Of a stretch of DNA of 64,000 nt, positions 51,446-58,649 are shown piece by piece. The DNA is from a virus (taxonomy: Duplodnaviria > Heunggongvirae > Uroviricota > Caudoviricetes): positions 5,703 to 69,702 of IMG/VR virus record IMGVR_UViG_2579778842_000017, one strand, 5' to 3'. The notes under the pieces are model-generated. The model saw nothing but the letters and a program-made list of their open reading frames with translations, did no database searches and had not been told where the DNA came from. Position numbers and translations under genes: made by a program. Position 1 is the stretch's first letter. Every line of letters starts with the position of its first letter.

Positions 51446-53244
51446 GTTACTTTGGCCTTAATCCAGTAAACCAGAATCAGCAGCTTGACGAAGCAGCATC
51501 AAATCCAGCTGGCTTTAACAGCGATGTTGGTTTTTTCGACAATGCTGTAGGAGCGGCATTGTCTGGTTTGTACTCCGGGCTGGTGGCAAAGCCAGATCAG
51601 TTGCTATGGGCAGGGATGGATAAAATCGTATCCCCGATTGCTCAGTTTGTTAACGAAAACACCTCGCTCAATGACACTTCAGTTTCATACATTGCTGAGC
51701 AGAGAAAACTAGCAGAGCAGCAGGTTAAGCGGCTGACGCCTGATGCCGCGACAACCGGAACCGCCGGGCAGGTCCTTTATGGGTTGTTCGATATGGGCGG
51801 GCAGGCTGTTGTCGGTACAACGCTCGGTGGTCCGGTCGGAGGTGCTGCGGCGGTAACTTCGCTACAGGGTTTTTCTGAGTTTGAACGGCTGACAGCACAG
51901 GGTGTTGATTTCAGGACGGCGCAGGAAGCGGGATTAGTGCAGGGTATTACTGCTGGTGCCGGAACACTGATCCCTATGAGCCTCGGGTTACGTGCTGGTG
52001 GTGCGCTGGCGGAAGGTGTGGCGGCTCAGCTTGCGCGGACGGGTGAAAGTTCAGTGCGACGCGCCGCAGCAACAGCAGTACGTGCAACGCCAGATATTGC
52101 CTATGCCGCAGGTACAAATATTGCGTTCGGTATGGCACAGCGTGGGCTTACTGCAAAAACGCTTCGTGATGGTGGCTATAGCGAAATGGCTAACCAGTAT
52201 GATGTGTTGGATCGACAGGCAATTGCTATTGATGCTGTTCTTGGGGTGGCGTTTGGTGGTGTCGGCAGATTTATTAACTCTCGCGGCGAGTCTACAAGCG
52301 CACCAAATTTTTCACCAGTTGATATTGATGCTGCACTGGCGGCGAATGCCGCTCATCATGCTGAAATTGATATTGCTCCCGGCGTTCCGATCAACGTGCT
52401 TTCGCGTAATTCGCACATTCAGGCTCTGCGAAAAGCCATGTCTGATGTTAGCCAGGGGAGACCTGTAGACGTTGCCAGCATTGTTGAGTCTGCATCTTTC
52501 AGTGAAATTCCTGGGCGCAAGAGTCTGCTGTCTCAGGCAGTTAATGAGGCTCTGTCATCTGTAGATGATGGAGTAACTGCGCGCGCTATAGAAAATCGGT
52601 TGCTTGAAGAACAGGCCGCGCAGCTTTTGTCGCGTGGCGATAGACAGGTTTACCAGTCTGAAATCGCTAATAGCCAACGAATTATTGAAAATCTCACTGA
52701 ACAGCGCGCACAAATTCTTGCAGAAGAGCCAACCGGTAGCGGTAAGGCTTTATCTCGTGCTCGATCAGATAAACAGGCCAGACTTCGCGATATTGACCAA
52801 CGAATCCGGCAGGCACAAGAACGCCTGGAATTTTCTCGTAACGCGTTGGCGCCGCACGAGCCTGGAGGTCAGTTTTTTGAAGCTCGAGCAGAACTGGCAC
52901 GACGACAGCAGGCAGAAAGTGAACTTAATGCTCAGGCTGTTTCATTCTATAAAACAGCAGAGGTCAGGACGCCAGACGAAGTAGCTCCTTTTGAGCCCGG
53001 TAAGATATTGCAACAGACAGAACAAAAAATGATGGCAGATCCGGCAGGAGATATTGATCTGCGTATAGCTGAAGACTCGCTGCTTGAATCTCCGGACATG
53101 ATAATCACCGTGCTGGATGATGATGGTAATCCACAATCGCGCAGTGCGCGTGAAGTACTGGATGAAGCGAACAGGGAAAGTGAGCAGGCAATACAGGATT
53201 CCAGCCTGTTTGATGTCGCTGTGGCGTGTTTCTTGAGAGGTTAA
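51442..53244 (+). CDS. internal core protein (gp16-like, part 1)
   Basis: 600 aa, synteny only. Confidence 0.5.
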   Translation: MSYFGLNPVNQNQQLDEAASNPAGFNSDVGFFDNAVGAALSGLYSGLVAKPDQLLWAGMDKIVSPIAQFVNENTSLNDTSVSYIAEQRKLAEQQVKRLTPDAATTGTAGQVLYGLFDMGGQAVVGTTLGGPVGGAAAVTSLQGFSEFERLTAQGVDFRTAQEAGLVQGITAGAGTLIPMSLGLRAGGALAEGVAAQLARTGESSVRRAAATAVRATPDIAYAAGTNIAFGMAQRGLTAKTLRDGGYSEMANQYDVLDRQAIAIDAVLGVAFGGVGRFINSRGESTSAPNFSPVDIDAALAANAAHHAEIDIAPGVPINVLSRNSHIQALRKAMSDVSQGRPVDVASIVESASFSEIPGRKSLLSQAVNEALSSVDDGVTARAIENRLLEEQAAQLLSRGDRQVYQSEIANSQRIIENLTEQRAQILAEEPTGSGKALSRARSDKQARLRDIDQRIRQAQERLEFSRNALAPHEPGGQFFEARAELARRQQAESELNAQAVSFYKTAEVRTPDEVAPFEPGKILQQTEQKMMADPAGDIDLRIAEDSLLESPDMIITVLDDDGNPQSRSAREVLDEANRESEQAIQDSSLFDVAVACFLRG

Positions 53245-53249
53245 ATTAA

Positions 53250-55724
53250 ATGAGACAGGAATGTATACAAGCGGTCCAGCAGGCGGCGCAGCGCACGTTA
53301 ACGGCGCGAGAAATACAGAACATTGAAGACCGCATTTATCGAAATATGCGCTCCATTGCTCGTGATGACCCGATGTCGTGGAGACAACTTTCCGAATCAG
53401 AGCGGCTATATCGTGCAGCACAATTGGCATCTGAAGAATTACAGCGAGAAGCGGCATTAAAGAAACGTCGTGTGGCCCTCACTATAGCCGCACGTCAGAG
53501 ATTGGATAAATTTATCAATAGCTATCAAGGGGCTGATGGGAAACTTGGCGCTCTTAACCGTACTATTGCTTTTAATGCAGACGGTAAATCGAATTTCCTC
53601 TCTGTTGAATCCAGAACAAAAGCCACCCGTGATTATGCATTGAGTCAATTGCAGGAGGCATTCGAAGCAGTTGATCCTCGCTTTTTTGGTCTGTTTGAAG
53701 ATGAAGCGGGCGTACGTGACCTGGTATATGAAATGCGGGGGCAAAATACTGGCAATGCTAAAGCAAGAAAAGGTGCTAAGGCGTGGAGAGAAGTGACAGA
53801 GCTACTGCGCCGCCGGTTTAATGATGCTGGTGGGGACATTGGCTATCTCGAAAACTGGGGGATCCCTCAACATCATTCTATGGAAAAGGTTGGGGCGGTA
53901 TCAAAGGATAAGTGGGTTAGCGATGTTATAGGTAAGCTGGATCGCAAATATTATATCCGAGCCGATGGACAACTGATGAACGATGCCGAGTTGTCTGCAT
54001 TTCTTGGAGAGGCTTATAACACGATCGCTACTGGTGGGCTGAATAAGCTTACTGATACCGGAATGCGAATTTCCGGCGCACGTGCTAACCGTGGTAATGC
54101 ATCACGACAGATACATTTCAAAGATGCAGATTCCTATCTGCAATATCAGCAACTTTATGGCGATCGCTCTCTATGGGAAATCATGGTCGGTCACCTGGAA
54201 GGTATCAGTAAAGATATTGCACTGGTGGAAACATATGGTCCAAACCCCGATCATGTTTTCCGCTCCCTTCTTGATCAGGTTAAGGCAGAAACGGCAACAG
54301 CTAACCCGAGTAAAACCGGTAAAGTCGAGCGGCTGGCGAACAAAACAGAGAACCTGTACAACTTTATTTCCGGAAAGACACAGCCTGTAGCGAATCCGCA
54401 CATCGCGCGATGGTCTGACAATATCCGCAACTGGCTGGTTGCCAGCAGACTCGGATCCGCGTTGCTGTCATCGTTCTCTGATCTTGGAACCATGTATCTG
54501 TCTGCGAAGGTTACCAACCTTCCAATGAACCAGTTATTCCGCAACCAGCTTGAAGCTATGGACCCAACGAACCGTACAGAACTTGCGCGGGCGCGCCGCG
54601 CTGGTCTGGCGATGGAATCTCTACTTGGCAGCGTTAACCGCTGGGCGATGGATAATATGGGGCCGTCAGTGTCTCGTTGGGCGGCAACGGCGGTAATGCG
54701 TGCCAGTGGGCTTACAGCATGGTCAGATGCGCACAAGCGCGCCTATGGCGTAACCATGATGGGAAGCCTGGGAGAAGTAGTGTCACGGACACCAGACCTT
54801 CGTAGCCTCGATGACTATGATTTTCGTATCCTGAAAAGCAAAGGGATTACTGACACAGACTGGAGCGTATGGAAGCTGGCGCAACAGGAGGACTGGGGGA
54901 ACGGTAATAATACGATGCTGACACCGGAAAGCATTATGCGTATCCCTGATTCAGCAGTTAAACATCTTGGTGAGCCTGAACGTGTGAAATTTGAGGCAAT
55001 GCGTAAACTGCTCGGTGCCGTAACTGAAGAAGTTGATATGGCTGTTATTACACCGGGCGCACGTGAACGGATGTTCGTAGGGTCTGGTCTTCAGCGTGGA
55101 ACATGGAAAGGTGAATTAACGAGAAGTGTTTTCCTGTTTAAATCGTTCCCTATCTCGGTAGTTATGCGTCACTGGCATAGAGCTATGGGGATGCCGTCTG
55201 CTGGTGGGCGTGCGGCATATATAGCAACGTTTTTAGCAAGCACAACCATGCTTGGTGCTCTTTCCATGCAGATTACTGATCTTATTAATGGGAGAAATCC
55301 AAAAGAAATGACCGGTGACAACATGGTTAAATTCTGGATAAATGCATTTTTAAAAGGTGGTGGGGCAGGGTTGTATGGTGATTTTCTTTTCTCTGACCAC
55401 ACCAGGTACGGGAGCGGCGCACTAGCGTCGATGCTTGGCCCGGTAGCTGGTCTGGTTGATGACGTAGTGAAGATTGCTCAGGGCATACCGTTAAATGCTG
55501 TGGAAGGGAAGAATGAGCAGACTGGTGGTGATCTGGTTAAGCTTGGGAAAGGTTTGATGCCTGGTGCGAATCTCTGGTACTTGAAGGCGGCTCTCGATCA
55601 CATGATCTTTAATCAGATGCAGGAGTATTTTTCACCAGGCTATTTGCGTAAAATGGAGCAACGTTCGAAGAAAGAGTTTAACCAGACATACTGGTGGCGA
55701 CCTCAGGATGTCACTCCGCAATAA
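53250..55724 (+). CDS. internal core protein (gp16-like, part 2)
   Basis: 824 aa, synteny only. Confidence 0.5.
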   Translation: MRQECIQAVQQAAQRTLTAREIQNIEDRIYRNMRSIARDDPMSWRQLSESERLYRAAQLASEELQREAALKKRRVALTIAARQRLDKFINSYQGADGKLGALNRTIAFNADGKSNFLSVESRTKATRDYALSQLQEAFEAVDPRFFGLFEDEAGVRDLVYEMRGQNTGNAKARKGAKAWREVTELLRRRFNDAGGDIGYLENWGIPQHHSMEKVGAVSKDKWVSDVIGKLDRKYYIRADGQLMNDAELSAFLGEAYNTIATGGLNKLTDTGMRISGARANRGNASRQIHFKDADSYLQYQQLYGDRSLWEIMVGHLEGISKDIALVETYGPNPDHVFRSLLDQVKAETATANPSKTGKVERLANKTENLYNFISGKTQPVANPHIARWSDNIRNWLVASRLGSALLSSFSDLGTMYLSAKVTNLPMNQLFRNQLEAMDPTNRTELARARRAGLAMESLLGSVNRWAMDNMGPSVSRWAATAVMRASGLTAWSDAHKRAYGVTMMGSLGEVVSRTPDLRSLDDYDFRILKSKGITDTDWSVWKLAQQEDWGNGNNTMLTPESIMRIPDSAVKHLGEPERVKFEAMRKLLGAVTEEVDMAVITPGARERMFVGSGLQRGTWKGELTRSVFLFKSFPISVVMRHWHRAMGMPSAGGRAAYIATFLASTTMLGALSMQITDLINGRNPKEMTGDNMVKFWINAFLKGGGAGLYGDFLFSDHTRYGSGALASMLGPVAGLVDDVVKIAQGIPLNAVEGKNEQTGGDLVKLGKGLMPGANLWYLKAALDHMIFNQMQEYFSPGYLRKMEQRSKKEFNQTYWWRPQDVTPQ

Positions 55725-55733
55725 GGAACAACA

Positions 55734-56147
55734 ATGAAGGAATTATTGCTGTTATCGGTATTTTTGATATCCGCTTGCTCGACATCCTATGATGTTTATG
55801 ACGGTGTTGATAAGGCATATTGCGACAAAGTTAAAATGGATTTTTCTCTTGCCAAGACGGCGAAGGATAGTTGTATTGATCACTACGTCAAGACTTATAC
55901 CAAGCCAGCCTCATCGGCATCTGATATTGCTGAAGGTGCTGTGTTTGAGTGTAACAAGGTGATATCCATCGCAGCGAGTTCTTCATACGATGCTGCTGTA
56001 TGTGCAATGGCTGAAAGAAACGGCATGTCAGTGCAAAAAATTAATAGCATGATAAGCAGTAATGACGAAGCCAAAATAAGAACTGATATCAGCTCGGTGA
56101 AAAAAGATGCCATGAACAGAGTTGTAAAATATCAGTCATCTTTATAA
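55734..56147 (+). CDS. lipoprotein (possible superinfection-exclusion moron)
   Basis: 137 aa; signal peptide with lipobox LISAC; last gene of the plus-strand structural block. Confidence 0.55.
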   Translation: MKELLLLSVFLISACSTSYDVYDGVDKAYCDKVKMDFSLAKTAKDSCIDHYVKTYTKPASSASDIAEGAVFECNKVISIAASSSYDAAVCAMAERNGMSVQKINSMISSNDEAKIRTDISSVKKDAMNRVVKYQSSL

Positions 56148-56150
56148 GTC

Positions 56151-56162
56151 GTGACATGTCAC
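56151..56162. promoter_or_regulatory. perfect 12-bp palindrome GTGACATGTCAC (copy 2)
   Basis: Starts 4 nt after the lipoprotein stop, directly followed by a terminator hairpin. Confidence 0.35.
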
Positions 56163-56186
56163 AGGCCGCTTTCGCGGCCTTGTTTT
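56163..56186. terminator. terminator between lipoprotein gene and convergent peptide gene
   Basis: GGCCGC-TTTC-GCGGCC hairpin followed by TTGTTTTT on the plus strand. Confidence 0.55.
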
Positions 56187-56347
56187 TAACGAATGCCACC
56201 GCCACCCGGGCGGGAATCCGCAGAACGCCCACCGCAGCGGGAGCCGTCAGCAGCAGTGTCGCTGTCGTGCTGACAACGACCGGCAAAGGCCTGAGTTGAA
56301 GCTACCAGAGACAACAAAACGAACAGTGCAGCAAATGCTTTTTTCAT
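56186..56347 (-). CDS. small secreted Cys-containing peptide
   Basis: 53 aa from internal Met of track ORF 56186..56566; signal peptide MKKAFAALFVLLSLVASTQAFA; 31-aa mature part with 2 Cys and Gly-rich tail. Confidence 0.4.
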   Translation of the reverse strand: MKKAFAALFVLLSLVASTQAFAGRCQHDSDTAADGSRCGGRSADSRPGGGGIR

Positions 56348-56420
56348 TGTGAAATTTCCATCTATAAGCCACCTCAATGTGGCGTCAATGAGTGTTAGCA
56401 CTGACTTTTGTTTCGTCCAC

Positions 56421-56440
56421 AAAAAATCCCGCAGCGCGGG
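56421..56440 (-). terminator. intrinsic terminator after the two-gene cassette
   Basis: Minus strand: CCCGCGCTGCGGG hairpin followed by TTTTTTGT, right after the stop at 56442. Confidence 0.5.
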
Positions 56441-56441
56441 C

Positions 56442-56882
56442 TTATTCTTCTTCATCATTAAAAAGCGGATTGTTATTTCCATCTGATGAAAGGAAAGGTA
56501 TGTGTTCTCTTGAAAATCCAACAATGACAATTTCATTATCATTTTTTGCATAATGAATGCATTCATTAGAATGCATTCCGCCAGGGTTGAAATTTAAGTT
56601 AATGGTATAATTCTTAAATGTGTTTGGATACCATGTTGGCCCACAATGATAATGCCAATAATTCTCTTGCTCATAATTGTCTGAGCCGGGAATTTTATCA
56701 TGGTTATCATCAACCCACGAGGGCTTGTTTTTTCCAACAAGCGCCCTTCCATTGGCAACATCCTCTAAAAAACTTTGTATGATTTTTATTTCATCATCAG
56801 TAAGGAAAGGTCCGTCTACAGCGAAAGGGGTGTTGCTTTCCCCATGTAGAAAACTATTAGATATTCTAATGTTAAACTTCAA
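56442..56882 (-). CDS. hypothetical protein, AT-rich cassette gene 2
   Basis: About 146 aa from a TTG 6 nt after an AGGAG site (track ORF extends to 57023 in overlap with gene 1); no in-frame ATG near the 5' end. Confidence 0.4.
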   Translation of the reverse strand: MKFNIRISNSFLHGESNTPFAVDGPFLTDDEIKIIQSFLEDVANGRALVGKNKPSWVDDNHDKIPGSDNYEQENYWHYHCGPTWYPNTFKNYTINLNFNPGGMHSNECIHYAKNDNEIVIVGFSREHIPFLSSDGNNNPLFNDEEE

Positions 56883-56902
56883 GGAAAACTCCTGATGTGC
56901 TT

Positions 56903-57070
56903 CTATTTGGAGCGAAATGCCGCCTTGAAGTCGCTGAAAGATGTTCCTGTCTGGTAAACCATATCCTTGTCGCGCTCTTTGCTTGCGCGGCCAAGCATAA
57001 CTTTTCCAATGACATCCCAGCATTGCTTGGCTTGTTCATTGTGCTGAGTACGATTTTTCAACGCTGTCAT
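56903..57070 (-). CDS. 55-aa basic protein, candidate regulator, cassette gene 1
   Basis: ORF below the track cutoff, translated by hand (MTALKNRTQHNEQAKQCWDVIGKVMLGRASKERDKDMVYQTGTSFSDFKAAFRSK); AAGGAGG ribosome-binding site; operator-like site at its promoter. Confidence 0.4.
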   Translation of the reverse strand: MTALKNRTQHNEQAKQCWDVIGKVMLGRASKERDKDMVYQTGTSFSDFKAAFRSK

Positions 57071-57082
57071 ATCGCGCCTCCT

Positions 57083-57097
57083 TTACCTTTAAGGTAA
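57083..57097. promoter_or_regulatory. operator-like palindrome TTACC-TTTAA-GGTAA (site 3 of 5) at a promoter
   Basis: Minus strand reads TTGCAG-17 nt-TACTAT then TTACCTTTAAGGTAA and AAGGAGG before the 55-aa ORF. Confidence 0.5.
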
Positions 57098-57170
57098 TAG
57101 TACGCTATTCACCCACAGTCTGCAATCTGTACAGAATTATTTAAAGGCACATCCCTGTGCCGCCGTTCTG

Positions 57171-57881
57171 TCAGAAGAACCCTGCCTTGTCGTTGATGTA
57201 CTCCGCGTGCGTCTGGATATCACGCAGGCATTTGCTCACACCGACGATGTAGCAGAACATGGTGGTCAGCTCCGCCGCCGCGCCAGATACGTCGTGCCCG
57301 TCGTCCTGCAACTGGTTCAGCAGATTCATCAGCAGTGAGTTCTCCGTCAGGCCGAGAACACCAGACGGCGAGTGAATCAGGCTGCGGTAGCCGGGCTTCA
57401 GTGGGGCACTGTAGGTTTTGTTCTCTATCTTCATTGCCTGTATTACTGCTGACGCCGTGGCGTTGGCTACCTGGTCGGCAACCATCTTTATGCGTTCTTC
57501 CTGCGGGAGCGAGTCTTTAATGTAACTTCCGGTGCGGCGGATCTGAGGAAGAACCTCACCTGTAACCCATTTACGAAAGCGGTAGGGGATAGTGCCTGGT
57601 GTCACCGCATCGCGGCAGCGGAGGATCAGTGTGTAGAGGCCTGACTCGGAGATGATGTTGAGCTCTTTTACTCGGCTATCAAAAATTGCACGATGTTCAT
57701 GCCCTATGTTGAACATAGACCTTTCATCATCATCCAGTTTTTCAAGTGATTGGGTGACGTTTTGGATACGCAGCGCACTACAAACGTCTTGGGCTACAAA
57801 CCATGGTTGGCCATCGATAATGATGGAACGGATAGGGTTAACAGATTCAAATTTGAAGATGGCAGTTTGAGCATTAGCCAT
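57171..57881 (-). CDS. Bro-N domain antirepressor-like protein
   Basis: Start refined to MANAQTAIFKF...; N-terminal IIIDGQPWFVAQDVCSALRI is a Bro-N signature; C-terminal domain paralogous to the 85-aa protein upstream. Confidence 0.65.
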   Translation of the reverse strand: MANAQTAIFKFESVNPIRSIIIDGQPWFVAQDVCSALRIQNVTQSLEKLDDDERSMFNIGHEHRAIFDSRVKELNIISESGLYTLILRCRDAVTPGTIPYRFRKWVTGEVLPQIRRTGSYIKDSLPQEERIKMVADQVANATASAVIQAMKIENKTYSAPLKPGYRSLIHSPSGVLGLTENSLLMNLLNQLQDDGHDVSGAAAELTTMFCYIVGVSKCLRDIQTHAEYINDKAGFF

Positions 57882-58036
57882 GGTGGTTATCTCCACTTAG
57901 TGATTTTAATCACCACCGCAACGCCAATTACTGGTGGTGAACTGGACAAGGTTGGCGTACCGGCCTAAGTGGTACCGGCGTCCTTTCGGACCCCTGCCCA
58001 GCCCACCATAATTCGGATATGGCTGTGCTTAACGCA

Positions 58037-58059
58037 TAAAAAAACCACGTCTGGCGTGG
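58037..58059 (-). terminator. terminator-like hairpin with U-run
   Basis: Minus strand: CCACGCCAGACGTGG followed by TTTTTTT. Confidence 0.4.
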
Positions 58060-58150
58060 TATGCGCCACTTAGTAACTCGGGACGCCAATCCCGGCACTG
58101 GATTTTTCCAGTGCCCGATTACTATGGCACAAGAGGAGTGCGATGTAAAT

Positions 58151-58165
58151 TTACCGCAAAGGTAA
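58151..58165. promoter_or_regulatory. operator-like palindrome TTACC-GCAAA-GGTAA (site 4 of 5)
   Basis: Nested inside inverted repeat GGAGTGC...GCACTCC (58135..58178); minus-strand context TTGCAA-18 nt-TATATT then TTACC. Confidence 0.4.
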
Positions 58166-58196
58166 ATATAAGCACTCCACTTGGTAATTGCAAACC

Positions 58197-58454
58197 TTAT
58201 CTGGTTTGTTTTCGTAATTGTTCGGCACAATAGTCGAGATGTGTTTGCAGATCCCGCATAGACATCTGTGAGCTGGTGACGTAGTTAATCAGTGCAGTCA
58301 GTTCGGCAAGTGGGCCATCGACATTAAATCCATCCTTATCGAGCTCCCGGAGTAATTTCATCAAGTGCGATCCCTCCACCAGTGATCTAACGCCTCCCGG
58401 CGTGTGAATCCTTTCGGTAAATCCGTCTTCCAGTGGATAGTGATACTGCTGCAT
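58197..58454 (-). CDS. small antirepressor-like protein (paralog of the Bro-N protein C-terminus)
   Basis: 85 aa from ATG after GGAGAA site (track ORF 58197..58472 starts at TTG); about 45% identity by eye to residues about 150-236 of the Bro-N protein. Confidence 0.5.
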   Translation of the reverse strand: MQQYHYPLEDGFTERIHTPGGVRSLVEGSHLMKLLRELDKDGFNVDGPLAELTALINYVTSSQMSMRDLQTHLDYCAEQLRKQTR

Positions 58455-58475
58455 CTTATCTTCTCCATGCAATAA

Positions 58476-58491
58476 CTGTATAAATATACAG
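58476..58491. promoter_or_regulatory. LexA (SOS) box
   Basis: CTGTATAAATATACAG, a near-consensus CTGT-N8-ACAG palindrome about 22 nt upstream of the 85-aa gene start. Confidence 0.7.
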
Positions 58492-58530
58492 TATCAAATA
58501 ATTTATTTGCTATCCAGCACGTTTTGCGAA

Positions 58531-58545
58531 TCACCTGAAAGGTAA
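58531..58545. promoter_or_regulatory. operator-like palindrome TCACC-TGAAA-GGTAA (site 5 of 5, one mismatch)
   Basis: About 105 nt upstream of the tail fibre gene; flanks resemble site 2. Confidence 0.35.
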
Positions 58546-58649
58546 TATCTGTTCGTATTTATGGGTTGTCTATCCATATATGGTTTTTCAGGTAATAGAA
58601 TAACCGGATATGCGGCGCAACGGGTGCTGCGACTATCTGGAGATTTAAC

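Noticed and set aside
56883-57023. Upstream 47 codons of track ORF 56442..57023
   Set aside because: This part overlaps the 55-aa ORF in another frame, which has a far better ribosome-binding site and promoter; the longer ORF start is probably an artefact of alternative start codons.
1771-58545. TTACC-N5-GGTAA as a NarL/NarP, NtrC, MqsA or PdhR-type host site
   Set aside because: Half-site sequence or spacing differs from each of these consensus sites as I recall them; kept as an unassigned operator.
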